DNA of 38,627 bases from positions 1 to 38,627 of the IMG/VR virus record IMGVR_UViG_3300009597_000030; one strand, 5' to 3'. This document shows, one piece after another, positions 1 through 9,222 of the stretch. Within the stretch, counting starts at the first letter, position 1; the number at the start of each line of letters is the position of its first letter. The position numbers and the translations under genes were made by a program. The stretch is from a virus (lineage: Duplodnaviria; Caudoviricetes). The notes under the pieces were generated by a model, which ran no database searches, was not told where the DNA came from, and saw nothing but the letters and a program-made list of their open reading frames with translations.

Positions 1-1
1 C

Positions 2-280
2 GTCGCGGACGAGGAGTTCGAGAAGCGCCTCGCCGAGTTCTCGCAGGGCGAGGCTCTGAAGGACACCCTACGGGATAGCCTCGAGGATGACGAAGCCGCA
101 CACCTCCGCGACGAAATGATCGAGAACATTCAAAAGATGGACACCGAAGCCGCCTTGCTGACCTGGAAAGAAGGGTTCGCATTCCGCAGCGATCTCGCCT
201 CACTTCCCAAGGCGATGCAGATCGCGGTGCGCAAGGCCGGCGCGACGAAGCTGGAGACGCTGCAGAAGGCGGCGCGGTAA
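2..280 (+). CDS. 3' end of a phage early protein (truncated by window edge)
   Basis: Open frame VADEEFEKRL...LETLQKAAR* ending TAA at 278-280, 2 nt before the NinB start. Confidence 0.65.
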   Translation, partial: VADEEFEKRLAEFSQGEALKDTLRDSLEDDEAAHLRDEMIENIQKMDTEAALLTWKEGFAFRSDLASLPKAMQIAVRKAGATKLETLQKAAR

Positions 281-282
281 CC

Positions 283-681
283 ATGAGCCGCGCTCTCGTC
301 GTGCTCCGGAACCTAGCCGACCGCGAGAAGGTGGCGCTGTGGGCCTCCAAGGCCCCGCCAGGCACGCGCGTAGAGTTCAAGGCTACCAAGCGGTCCCTGC
401 CCCAAAATGCTCGGATGCACGCCATGCTTGGAGAGATCGCCTCTCAGGTGAAGTGGCATGGCGTCTGGCTGAAGGCGGATGACTATAAGCTAATCTTCCT
501 CGATGCCCTGAAGCGCGAATTACGCATCGTCCCGAATTTGGATGGCACCGGCTTCGTGAACCTCGGCCGCTCATCCAGCGATCTCTCGAAGGAAGAGATG
601 AGCGATCTCATTGAGATCATCACCGCTTGGGGCGTCGAGCACGGCGTACGCTTTAATGATCCAGCCGGCATCGCCGCGTGA
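283..681 (+). CDS. ninB: NinB/Orf-family recombination protein
   Basis: Motifs RSLPQNARMHAML.EIA.QV.W and FVNLGRSSSDLSKEEMSDLIE.I.AWG.EHGV.F are typical of NinB. Confidence 0.85.
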   Translation: MSRALVVLRNLADREKVALWASKAPPGTRVEFKATKRSLPQNARMHAMLGEIASQVKWHGVWLKADDYKLIFLDALKRELRIVPNLDGTGFVNLGRSSSDLSKEEMSDLIEIITAWGVEHGVRFNDPAGIAA

Positions 682-692
682 GGCCGGAAGCG

Positions 693-767
693 ATGTGGCT
701 CTGCATGATAGTCGGAGGCGCGCTGCTGTGGATCGTCATCATCACTACGATAATTTGGCTCACTTAG
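693..767 (+). CDS. Tiny hydrophobic (single TM) peptide
   Basis: MWLCMIVGGALLWIVIITTIIWLT*. An in-frame GTG at 678 overlaps the ninB stop (GTGA). Not in the ORF track. Confidence 0.45.
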   Translation: MWLCMIVGGALLWIVIITTIIWLT

Positions 768-812
768 CGTGAGCGACTGAGCTTGCGGCGAAGAGAGAGA
801 AGGAAAGTGAAA

Positions 813-974
813 ATGCGTAGAGTGTTTTTGAGTGCGGCAATTGCCTGCCTGTTGGCGAGCAATGCGTGGGCCGGCGTCACATGCCAGCAAATCGGCCAAT
901 TTACCTACTGCACCGACAGCCAGGGCAATCGCACCACATGCCAGCAGATCGGCAATCAGACGTACTGCAACTGA
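813..974 (+). CDS. Small secreted Cys-rich protein with a twofold internal repeat
   Basis: AGGA RBS, signal peptide ending AWA, then TCQQIGQFTYC and TCQQIGNQTYC. Confidence 0.75.
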   Translation: MRRVFLSAAIACLLASNAWAGVTCQQIGQFTYCTDSQGNRTTCQQIGNQTYCN

Positions 975-980
975 CAACTC

Positions 981-1008
981 GGGGGGGGCTTTGCGCCCCC
1001 CCCATTTC
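981..1008 (+). terminator. GC hairpin, possible intrinsic terminator
   Basis: GGGGGGGGC-TTTGC-GCCCCCCCC followed by ATTTC, directly after the 813..974 stop. The U-tract is weak. Confidence 0.55.
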
Positions 1009-1021
1009 ACAGGAGGGCCGC

Positions 1022-1222
1022 ATGACCGAACCTGACAAGGAAGCGTTTGAGGCGACGGTCCAAGATGCCATTGCTGCGGCAATCCGCGCTGCCCGCACTG
1101 CCGCACTGGAGGAGGCAGCGAGGGCATTTGAACCGGACGAAGATGGCCACGATAGCCACAGCTATCACTTTACGGCGGAAGAGGTCGCCGCCGCGATCCG
1201 TAGCCTTAAGGAGCAGCCATGA
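1022..1222 (+). CDS. Hypothetical early protein
   Basis: AGGAGG RBS before ATG 1022. MTEPDKEAF...IRSLKEQP. ATGA overlap with the next gene. Confidence 0.75.
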   Translation: MTEPDKEAFEATVQDAIAAAIRAARTAALEEAARAFEPDEDGHDSHSYHFTAEEVAAAIRSLKEQP

Positions 1223-1476
1223 CCCACGATCCCGCCATCATCGAAGCTGCGGCGCGGGCGCTCTTTGCGTCTGAGATGCCCGGTGCGGATTGGAGAGTGC
1301 TTCCGGGTCTCCACGACAAATTCCGGGCTCGCGCTCGCGCCGTCACGCCACTGATCGAAGCCGCCGCGCTGGAGCGGGCGGCGAAGGTGGCGATGGACCA
1401 TCCGAATGGAAGCTACGAAGTTGCCATCGCCATCCGCGCCCTCAAGGAACAGCCAGCCGAAAGCAGCGCCGCGTGA
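1219..1476 (+). CDS. Hypothetical early protein, partial paralogue of 1022..1222
   Basis: AAGGAG RBS, ATGA coupling, and a shared AALE.AA...AIR.LKEQP motif. Confidence 0.75.
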   Translation: MTHDPAIIEAAARALFASEMPGADWRVLPGLHDKFRARARAVTPLIEAAALERAAKVAMDHPNGSYEVAIAIRALKEQPAESSAA

Positions 1477-1784
1477 GCGAGGGGCGGGCATTGCCGCGGG
1501 TCTACACGCCAGCCGCATTGGCGCGCGAATGGATGTGCAGTGAACGGCATATCCGCAACCTCGTCGCGGCAGGCCAGTTGCGCGCCTTCCGGCTTGGCGG
1601 CAAGTTGCTCCGAATTAGCCTTGAGGAAGCGGAGGCGTTCAAATGCCGGAATACAGCATCGGACGGCTCAACGGACGCTTCTGCCTCACATGGTATGGCG
1701 GAGGAACCCGACACCGTTACTCGCTTGGGACCGATGACCCGCGCGAGGCTGAACGCATTGCGCCAGCGCTCTACGCAGAGCTGA
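1473..1784 (+). CDS. xis: Excisionase / MerR-like winged-HTH protein
   Basis: GTGA-coupled start. YTPAALAREWMCSERHIRNLV..GQL.AFRLGGKLLRI is an excisionase-type HTH. It overlaps the int 5' end by 142 nt. Confidence 0.8.
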   Translation: MSEGRALPRVYTPAALAREWMCSERHIRNLVAAGQLRAFRLGGKLLRISLEEAEAFKCRNTASDGSTDASASHGMAEEPDTVTRLGPMTRARLNALRQRSTQS

Positions 1785-2668
1785 CGCGGCCGAAGGGAAC
1801 GACGGTCGAGGAACTGTGGAGGGCTTATGTTCGGGATAAAGAAGGTCGCGCCATCCTGCCCACCATGTCTCACACATGGAAAGCTCTACGTGATCGGTTT
1901 GGGTCAATGGAGGCTCATGCTGTTACGGTCGCCGACTGTCGGGCTCACATCGATGTACGTCGCGGTAACGGGATCAGCGACGGAACAACCCATACTGAGC
2001 TCGGCCATTTGCGGATGGTCCTTCGATGGGCCGAGCAGCAAGGACTGATCGACCGTGCCCCGCACATCGAAAGGCCGTCAAAGCCCAGGCCGCGAGAGCG
2101 GCATCTCAGCAGGGAGCAAGTCCGGGCTCTTTTCGATAACGCAAACCTCCCCCACGTCCGCCTCTACGCTATCCTGGCTTACACGACTGCTGCCCGAAAT
2201 AGTGCGCTGCTTGGACTGCGGTGGGAGCGTTGCGATTTCGAGACAGGCAGGATCGACCTCCGTGACCCTGCACTTACCGCTCCGCACAAAGGACGCGCCA
2301 TAGTCCCCATGCTCAGGACCGCTCGCGCTGCCCTCCAGGAGGCCCGCCAAGGCGCTCTGACGCCGTGGGTGATAGAATGGGCCGGGAAGCCGGTGAAGAG
2401 CGTCAAGCGCGGGCTGCAGGCCGCTGCGCAGCGTGCCGGGCTGGAGCACGTTAGTCCACATCAATTGCGGCATTCGGCGGCCGTACATCTCGCGGAGGAC
2501 GGAATAAGCATGGACGAGATCGCCCAATGGCTGGGGCACTCGAATGTCAACACGACGAGGCAGGTTTACGCGAGGTATTCGGCAGATTACCTGCGCGAAG
2601 CGGCGGCAGCATTAGAATTCGATGATCTCGGTCCTTCGAGGGTGAAACATGCAAAAACCCGTTCCTAG
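1643..2668 (+). CDS. int: Tyrosine recombinase (phage integrase)
   Basis: Catalytic motifs TAAR, K(HKGR), HQLRH, LGH and VY are present. Confidence 0.95.
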   Translation: MPEYSIGRLNGRFCLTWYGGGTRHRYSLGTDDPREAERIAPALYAELTRPKGTTVEELWRAYVRDKEGRAILPTMSHTWKALRDRFGSMEAHAVTVADCRAHIDVRRGNGISDGTTHTELGHLRMVLRWAEQQGLIDRAPHIERPSKPRPRERHLSREQVRALFDNANLPHVRLYAILAYTTAARNSALLGLRWERCDFETGRIDLRDPALTAPHKGRAIVPMLRTARAALQEARQGALTPWVIEWAGKPVKSVKRGLQAAAQRAGLEHVSPHQLRHSAAVHLAEDGISMDEIAQWLGHSNVNTTRQVYARYSADYLREAAAALEFDDLGPSRVKHAKTRS

Positions 2669-2834
2669 CGCCCCCGGCTTTTATGTTTGTGACAAGGGTC
2701 ACGTTTGGCGGAATGGGCGACAGCTCAAGGTCCAGACAGACGCGCTTGGATATCAGCGCATAAAAACTTCCATCCAAAACCAGATAAAGACGCGCTCGGT
2801 GCATCGCATGGTTTGCGAGGCTTGGTACGACTGA
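2649..2834 (+). pseudogene. NUMOD4-like N-terminal fragment of an HNH endonuclease
   Basis: PGFYVCDKGHVW...L...D..GY......VHRMVCEAW resembles NUMOD4-HNH N-termini, but the ORF stops before any HNH motif. Confidence 0.55.
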
Positions 2835-2843
2835 GGGGCTTGA

Positions 2844-3185
2844 GTGATGACCACCGAGGTTCGTTGGGAAGCGACGATAGAAGATGATGACGAGTTTGTT
2901 GCTGGCACAGGAAGACAACAAACCATCCTGACCGGCAAATGGGCTGATAGCGCAGAGAACGCTACGATCGCCGTCGAGCGTGCGCTTTGCTATTACCTCG
3001 ACAGCGAGACGTGGGATAGCTGGTTCGGACTGGATTGCTCCAGCGTAACGCTGCGGTGCCGTGTTTATGCACCAGTGGCAATCGCAGGCGATTATCTGGC
3101 TGATGTCGGGCGCGTCACGACGGCTTACGTTCGGAAAACGGCATCTGCTGTCATGGATATTCCACCGCACACTACGTTGAAATGA
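2844..3185 (+). CDS. Hypothetical protein between int and attP
   Basis: 113-aa ORF with a GAGGGG RBS (start GTG 2844 or ATG 2847). Confidence 0.65.
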   Translation: MMTTEVRWEATIEDDDEFVAGTGRQQTILTGKWADSAENATIAVERALCYYLDSETWDSWFGLDCSSVTLRCRVYAPVAIAGDYLADVGRVTTAYVRKTASAVMDIPPHTTLK

Positions 3186-3206
3186 CCTCTAAGGACTTGA
3201 GAAATA

Positions 3207-3256
<50 letters not shown>

Positions 3257-3321
3257 AGTTCGGCCTGGAACTGGCGGAACTCTGCGGAATTCGCCGGAGC
3301 GTTTTATGAAAGAATGGCCCT

Positions 3322-3399
3322 TTGTTCACGGTTCAGGCATGGTTGGTGGAATGGATGCTCCATAGGGAAGTATGTAAACAGGAGTTGTTCATGGTTCAG
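3322..3399 (+). repeat. 15-bp direct repeat pair beside attP (possible Int arm sites)
   Basis: TTGTTCACGGTTCAG (3322-3336) and TTGTTCATGGTTCAG (3385-3399), 14/15 identical. Confidence 0.55.
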
Positions 3400-3816
3400 A
3401 GCGAACACCGTCGCGTCCAGAATACCGAGGACTTCACGGACTGGAATTGGGGAGACCCGCCCGACCAGCTAGCCAAACCATCTGAGAAATTAGCGTCCGA
3501 CATTGTCGCCCAGATCAAAGAGTGGGGCAGCGACATCGCCAGCGAAGCTCACGAAAAAAGCTGTGCCATCGGCGCGGCAGTCGCTTTCGAACAACTCGTC
3601 CAAGACGGCTTCTTCTCATTGGAAGACATAACCGACAAGGGATTGCTCATCGAATTCTGGGCAACAGAGGACTTTTGCATTCAGGACGAGTTCGACATCG
3701 TGGCCAGAGCCCTCGATTTTGACGATCCGCAACACTTCTCCACCCACCTTCGCCGCCTGGCCGATGCCATCGACGCTGCGAGCACCATTGCCCCCGATCC
3801 AGCAACCCCCACCTGA
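3391..3816 (+). CDS. Acidic hypothetical protein at the attP-proximal (moron) position
   Basis: AGGAG RBS before ATG 3391. Convergent with the late operon. Confidence 0.7.
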   Translation: MVQSEHRRVQNTEDFTDWNWGDPPDQLAKPSEKLASDIVAQIKEWGSDIASEAHEKSCAIGAAVAFEQLVQDGFFSLEDITDKGLLIEFWATEDFCIQDEFDIVARALDFDDPQHFSTHLRRLADAIDAASTIAPDPATPT

Positions 3817-3857
3817 TCCCAGCGCCTGACGCCCCACCCCCACAATCCGCCCCCCCT

Positions 3858-4046
3858 CTACGGGGCGCCGGGCGCACCATTCCGCTCGAGCAGTATTTCG
3901 AGCCGCTGCAAGCGGCGTTCCAGCGCGCCGATCGTCTGGCAGGCATGGTAGACAAGCCAGCCGACAAACAGCGCTGTCGTGGCGTTTATGGCGATCGTGG
4001 CGCTGGCTAGGAGCAGCAGTGCTTGCCAGGAGACCGGCCCTTCCAT
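3858..4046 (-). CDS. Small single-TM plus coiled-coil protein (possible holin-like)
   Basis: Hydrophobic N-half, then LERRLQRLEILLE. Last gene of the late operon, 1 nt after the tailspike stop. Confidence 0.6.
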   Translation of the reverse strand: MEGPVSWQALLLLASATIAINATTALFVGWLVYHACQTIGALERRLQRLEILLERNGAPGAP

Positions 4047-4047
4047 T

Positions 4048-7000
4048 TCACGGCGTTATGTTGTTGACCATGTTGATCAGGAAACTGCCGCTCACGGTGA
4101 TACGCGATGTGTTGGTGAACTCCGCATCTGTAAGCGCGTTCAAGGCGCCGCCGCCCGTCGGATTATAGCGAAATAGCGATATTGTATTGGTACCTGTCGT
4201 CACCTGCGCATAGACGGATGTGTTCGCGGTCGGCAACTGGATCGCAAACGGGATGCAAGCACAGGCGACAGGCACGCCAGAGGCATTGACGAGCGGCGGA
4301 AACACGCCAACCGGTATGCCGGTGATCGACACTGTCCCGCTCAACATGTCCACATCGTTCACATTGATATAGCAGTCGAAAAACAGCGTGTTCCCGACGA
4401 CATGATAAGTGCCGCCGCGCGTGGTGTAGTGATCAGGGTCGGTCATCGAGCCGGTCGAGCCGGTCAGGACCGGCGTCCAGGTTTTCTTCACGGCCATCGG
4501 AAACCGTGTGACGACCGAGCTTGCGCCGCTCAAGGACGTGTCGTTGGCGTGACCCGTCGTGCGCACGTCCTCGAAGACGTTCTGGTCGCAGCCGACCTCT
4601 TCGACGATGTCGCGATTGACGTCGACGCACACGAGATCCTGCACATGCGCCAGTTCGGTGCCCCAGGCGTAGTCGGTGTGTTTCCCGCACACGATGCCGG
4701 CCGGGGCGGCGGTTGTAGTCGGCCTGGGGGCAATCCCCATCGTTATGTAGTCCCCGGTCTGCCGCGTTTTGACGTTCCTGATGCGCGACTGAATGCACGA
4801 CTGCAGGTCGATCGCGGCGATGCGTTCGGATGTTTCAGTCTGCGTCGCGCCGAGATCGCGGACGTAGCCGCCAAAGTCCTCGATCACGATGTCCTCGAGG
4901 AAGACGTCACGACTGCCATAGAAGGCCAGCGTGCGCCCCTGCATCCGCTTGGCCCTGAAGTTCCGGATCGTAAAGCGATGCCCCTGCGCGCCCAGGCCGG
5001 CGGGCGAGCCGACATTGCCGCCATACACACCGCCCTCGCACTCCAGCAGCCTGACATTCTCTACCGTTGCATCGATGAATTGCCGCTTCGCGGAGACGAA
5101 GCCGGCGCAGCGATAGGCCCAGCCGGTGATGTAGGCGTTCGCCCCCACGACCTGGGCAGCCTCGTCCCAGATCTGCGGCGTCATCAGGATGCCAGTTCCA
5201 CCGCCTGTTATTGCTCCGGTCGTGGCCGGAGTGGCAGCGGTGAACCTGAAACCCGTATATGCTCCCGGCGTGGCACCGATCACGCTATCTATTTGATACA
5301 TTCCGCTGATCGTAATGCCATCAACTGTGATGGCCGTAGACCTGTTAAACGTTACATACTGGTTTACATGCCAGTCACCTGTCACCGTGCACGCCACTGT
5401 AGTCTTTGGCGCAACGGTGGTCGTCGTGAACGGGTCGGCCCCGAGCGTCTCGCTCTGCAGCTCGCCGCTTAGGTAGACCAGCGCATCCTTCGACGAGCCG
5501 CCGCGCACCCGGTAGCGCGCGCCGTAGCAGCCGTGGTCGTTGATGCCACTGTCGAGGTAGCCCTGGCCGATGTCGGTTGCCTCGGTCCGACCGGCATTGA
5601 TCGGCCCGGGCGTGCCCGGCACGCGGTAGCCGCTGTCGAAAAACACGTCGATGTCGGGAGTGCATTGATTGAAGTCGAGCCAACTCAGGCCGTAGTTCAC
5701 CAGTTGCGTATTCGGCAGGGCGGGCGCGACAACCGCCGGCGTCTGCGTGTCGTTGCCGTGCGCGGCGGTGAGGTCGGTCATGTCGAAGATGCCGCCGTGG
5801 ATTTTTATCGGGACGTAGTCGTTGAATTGCATGTCCAAGGCAACGCCGGGAACAAAGCGGATGACTGAGCCGATCTTGCCGGCGTCAAGCGTCACAACCG
5901 TGGCTTCAGGCGACACCACGGTGACGGCTTTCATCGTGTGCAATTCGATCCCGGCCTTGATCCTCGCCGCCGGGTGGATGTCCCAGTTCACCGGCGTGTC
6001 GAAATCGCGCAGATCGATCCTGCCGGCGCGGATCGGGTAGATGCCCTTTGGCCAATGCACCAGGTGACCCGACAAGGCCGCCGCGATGATCACGTCGCGG
6101 AAGTCGGCCGCGCTTTCCAGCTTGGCGCGCTCTTCCTCGCCCTTCGACTGGGTCGAGCCGCTGCCGAACTGGTAGATATTGTATGGCTCGGTTTTGTAGC
6201 GAATGCGCGGCGGGTTGGGGATGGATCCGCCCGTGAAGGTGCGCGGAACCGTCGTGCCGCCGGCAAAGGTGCCCAGGTTGGTATAGGTGTTCGGAGGCCC
6301 GAGCCCGGTGCACTTGTAAAGACGATCCGGGGTGAACTCGGTGACGACATAGCAGTCGTCCAATGCGCTGCCGGTCGTCGGCAGATCCACGAGGAGGTCC
6401 ACCGTGCCCTTGATCGGCACTTGGAAGGTGACCGAGGCCTGCAGTTCCGTGCGCGGGGTCGCAACCGCACTCCCGAGCGTCAGCGGCGTGAGGGCCTTGG
6501 TGTCGACGGTATAGATGCTGGCGCCGGACGAGACGTCGCCGGCCAAAGCCTTGGGAACATCAAACGTGCGGTTTACGCTGAGATCGTTACCACCCGTGAG
6601 AAGCCCTGTGGTGGTGATAGTCCGGGCGGTGGGAACCTTGGTTGCGAGAGGCGTTGCCAGTGCCAGCGGCGTCACCGCCTTGGTGTCGTCGGTGCCCGTA
6701 GAGGCTTCAGCCCCAGTCGCCTTGGGGACCGTAATCGTCTGGTTGGCGCTGAGAGCGCCACCTGCCGGGCTCGATACCGCCAGTCCGCTGCCGAGAACTG
6801 TCCTCGTGTTCGGGACGGCCCCCGTGACTTGCGCGACCGGCACCGTGCCGACCGATAACGTGCTCCCCGTCTGGACGATGGTCGTCCCGTCGGCAGTGAT
6901 GACGTTGCCGCTGGACAGCAGCGTGAAGTTCACCGGGTCGGTGCCGGGTGTAGGGACGGCCGCTGTAATGCCGTAGAGCCGGTTCGACTGTGTCGTGCCG

Positions 7001-7662
7001 CCCGTGACCGGCACCGTGCCGGCAAACTCCGCCGACGCATCCATGTCCGTGGCGCGGGTCCAGGCGCCGGCCGCCGCGACGTAGATGCCGCTCTCGGCGG
7101 GCGCGGTCTGGTTCTTCACCAGCACCCGGTCGCCGGCAAGGAGTGTCACGCCATCAATGGTCAGCAGGCCGCCGGTTGCCAGGTCGATGTTTGCAGTGCT
7201 GGCGCAGGCGCAGGCGGCATGCGGGAAGGTGCCGGAAACCTGGGCGTCCACATAGGCCTTGGTCGTCGCGTCCGCGGCGTCGTCCGGCGCGCCGAGGCCG
7301 GTGATCTTGTTGCCGGCCATTGCCAGACCGCCGGCCATGGTCTGTAGCAGGGGCCAGGTATTGGCGAGGGGAAGGACATCCGTCCCGTCCTCGCCATCCT
7401 CACCGTCAGTGCCGTCAGCGCCTGGGGGGCCGACCAGACTTGCAAGCCAGTCCACCTCGGACCCGCTAAAACCGTTTTCGACCGCGATCTCATAGGCCGA
7501 GGCGCCGGGATCGCCCGGGGGGCCGCCCGGCGTGCCATCGTCACCGTCTTCTCCCGGCGGACCCGGCTGACCGGCCGGCCCAGCCGCGCCGCGCAGCAGC
7601 AGCGTCTCGAAGCGGGTGACGATCTCGCCATTCTGCCGCCCGATGATGATCTCCGACGCCAT
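4048..7662 (-). CDS. Tail fibre/tailspike with collagen-like repeats and a probable beta-helix depolymerase domain (1204 aa)
   Basis: True start MASEIII at 7662 (TGATG overlap). Contains G-X-Y repeats, [45 protein letters not shown], a beta-helix-like region and a C-terminal TWTPVLTG...GTY..VGN domain. Confidence 0.88.
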   Translation of the reverse strand: MASEIIIGRQNGEIVTRFETLLLRGAAGPAGQPGPPGEDGDDGTPGGPPGDPGASAYEIAVENGFSGSEVDWLASLVGPPGADGTDGEDGEDGTDVLPLANTWPLLQTMAGGLAMAGNKITGLGAPDDAADATTKAYVDAQVSGTFPHAACACASTANIDLATGGLLTIDGVTLLAGDRVLVKNQTAPAESGIYVAAAGAWTRATDMDASAEFAGTVPVTGGTTQSNRLYGITAAVPTPGTDPVNFTLLSSGNVITADGTTIVQTGSTLSVGTVPVAQVTGAVPNTRTVLGSGLAVSSPAGGALSANQTITVPKATGAEASTGTDDTKAVTPLALATPLATKVPTARTITTTGLLTGGNDLSVNRTFDVPKALAGDVSSGASIYTVDTKALTPLTLGSAVATPRTELQASVTFQVPIKGTVDLLVDLPTTGSALDDCYVVTEFTPDRLYKCTGLGPPNTYTNLGTFAGGTTVPRTFTGGSIPNPPRIRYKTEPYNIYQFGSGSTQSKGEEERAKLESAADFRDVIIAAALSGHLVHWPKGIYPIRAGRIDLRDFDTPVNWDIHPAARIKAGIELHTMKAVTVVSPEATVVTLDAGKIGSVIRFVPGVALDMQFNDYVPIKIHGGIFDMTDLTAAHGNDTQTPAVVAPALPNTQLVNYGLSWLDFNQCTPDIDVFFDSGYRVPGTPGPINAGRTEATDIGQGYLDSGINDHGCYGARYRVRGGSSKDALVYLSGELQSETLGADPFTTTTVAPKTTVACTVTGDWHVNQYVTFNRSTAITVDGITISGMYQIDSVIGATPGAYTGFRFTAATPATTGAITGGGTGILMTPQIWDEAAQVVGANAYITGWAYRCAGFVSAKRQFIDATVENVRLLECEGGVYGGNVGSPAGLGAQGHRFTIRNFRAKRMQGRTLAFYGSRDVFLEDIVIEDFGGYVRDLGATQTETSERIAAIDLQSCIQSRIRNVKTRQTGDYITMGIAPRPTTTAAPAGIVCGKHTDYAWGTELAHVQDLVCVDVNRDIVEEVGCDQNVFEDVRTTGHANDTSLSGASSVVTRFPMAVKKTWTPVLTGSTGSMTDPDHYTTRGGTYHVVGNTLFFDCYINVNDVDMLSGTVSITGIPVGVFPPLVNASGVPVACACIPFAIQLPTANTSVYAQVTTGTNTISLFRYNPTGGGALNALTDAEFTNTSRITVSGSFLINMVNNITP

Positions 7663-8003
7663 CACGCAGTCCTTTCTAGCCAGATCGGGGCGATGACCGT
7701 GGTGACGCCGTCTTTCTCGCGGATGAGCTTCACGAACGCCACGCGCCCGAGCGGAATCTGCAGCGTCTGCGGCTCGCTGAGCGTCACCGTGTAGTGCGGG
7801 TCGCCGGTCTCGAGGTTGCCGATCTCGATGGCCGGGTGTTGCCGCAGGCACCCCTCCCACCACACCTCAGCGCTGATGTTGTAGCCGGTGAGATCGAGCG
7901 GCACGCCGGGATCGCGCGCCTCCTCCCGTTCGAGGTGAGTGATGGCCGTGATCTCTTCCGTGCCGCCGACGAACGGCCGGAAGTGGCGGTTGTAGTAGGC
8001 CAT
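7662..8003 (-). CDS. Fibre adaptor-like (BppU-N/Ig-like) protein
   Basis: PLDLTGYNISAEV...VTLSEPQT pattern. Translationally coupled to the tailspike. Confidence 0.6.
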   Translation of the reverse strand: MAYYNRHFRPFVGGTEEITAITHLEREEARDPGVPLDLTGYNISAEVWWEGCLRQHPAIEIGNLETGDPHYTVTLSEPQTLQIPLGRVAFVKLIREKDGVTTVIAPIWLERTA

Positions 8004-8010
8004 GGATGGC

Positions 8011-9222
8011 TCAGAGCTTGATCTGGAACTGGATGAGCATGAAGGGCGGCATGTTCTCGTGCCTGTCGCTGACGCCCGTCAGCGCCGCCGCCGGGCCACC
8101 GGTGTTGCTGGTGAAGCCGGTGATGTCGACCAGGCCGGAGCCGCCGATCTGGTGGCCGATCATGTCGTCCATCGCGCCGGCCCCCGACACGCCGCCCGTG
8201 AACGCGGGGAAGTTTGCGCGGCCCGGATCGGCAAGCAGGATAGCGCCATCGCCATAACCATCGCCGGTGCCGTCAACATTGCCGTAGCGCGCTGGGTGCC
8301 CGTGATTGGCTGCCTGCAGCTTTGCCTTCGCCGCGACTGCCGGCGGCCCCACCTCTGCCGGAACGCCGGTCGCGCCGTGCGAGTGCGCCGGCATCTGCGC
8401 GGTGGTGAGCGCGATGTCGTCGTCGCCGCCCACTGCGCCGACGGTATCGCGGGCGACACCGGGGCCGGGAATGGCAGTGTCGACGTAGGCCGCGGCAATG
8501 AGATTGGCGGGCGACGCAGCGCCCATTGTATCGACGCCGAACGGTGCCTTCCCGCGCATGTCGGGCAGCGTGAGCTTCAGCCCGTTGGTGAAATCCTCCA
8601 GGGCAGAGCCGCCACGATTGGGGACAACCGGGCACACCAGGTTGCCGGTAGGAAAGGTGTGCGTGTTCCAGAGGTACTCGTAGAGATCCTGAGCGGCGGC
8701 GTCGGCCATCTCCGACCCGCCGGAGCCGCCCTTGCTGATGGTGCCGCCATTGCAGCGCAGCCAGCCCTCGTCCGCCGGATCGGCGGCGCGGCAGAACTTC
8801 ATCTTCACGTCGCCGGTTTTGGCCAAGCCGGTCTGGTCGACCGGAACGCCGCCGCCACCGCCGCCTTCGCCCGACACCGTGCCGATGATCGGCACGCTGT
8901 CGTCGTCATAGATCAGCACGCCGGCAGCATCGGTGACGCGCACGCGGTAGAACTGCCGCCCTGACACCAGCGGGTCGTCAGGATCCGGGTCGGTGTCGTC
9001 GAAAAAGACCTGCGGCCAGCGCGCATTGCCGTCCGCCACGACCGGGTGCGTGTGTTCGTTGGCCGAGCCCAGGTCCGCCGATGAGTAGGTTGACATCGGG
9101 GTGCTCGTGGTAGCTTCATAAAAATACGCCAGAGCACCGACAATCAGGTTGTCGTTCTGGTCGAGCACCTGGGTGCGACTGAGGTTCCAATAGCCGGCCG
9201 TTTGACTACCCTCCCCGAGCAT
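8011..9222 (-). CDS. Tail-collar-domain fibre protein with N-terminal virion-attachment domain
   Basis: N-terminal AYFYEATTSTP..TY...HPVVADGNARWPQVF. Collar motifs GDVK..GWLRCNG, LPDMRGKAPFG, LTTAQMPAHSH and HENMPPF. Start uncertain (ATG 9222 or ACG 9201). Confidence 0.85.
   Translation of the reverse strand: MLGEGSQTAGYWNLSRTQVLDQNDNLIVGALAYFYEATTSTPMSTYSSADLGSANEHTHPVVADGNARWPQVFFDDTDPDPDDPLVSGRQFYRVRVTDAAGVLIYDDDSVPIIGTVSGEGGGGGGVPVDQTGLAKTGDVKMKFCRAADPADEGWLRCNGGTISKGGSGGSEMADAAAQDLYEYLWNTHTFPTGNLVCPVVPNRGGSALEDFTNGLKLTLPDMRGKAPFGVDTMGAASPANLIAAAYVDTAIPGPGVARDTVGAVGGDDDIALTTAQMPAHSHGATGVPAEVGPPAVAAKAKLQAANHGHPARYGNVDGTGDGYGDGAILLADPGRANFPAFTGGVSGAGAMDDMIGHQIGGSGLVDITGFTSNTGGPAAALTGVSDRHENMPPFMLIQFQIKL

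Noticed and set aside
7663-7863. N-terminal extension of the tailspike to 7863 (likewise track starts at 19795, 18791, 26939, 35160 and 37705)
   Set aside because: These extensions overlap upstream genes. Coupled or near-coupled downstream ATGs, or (for the portal) avoiding the HNH overlap, give better starts.
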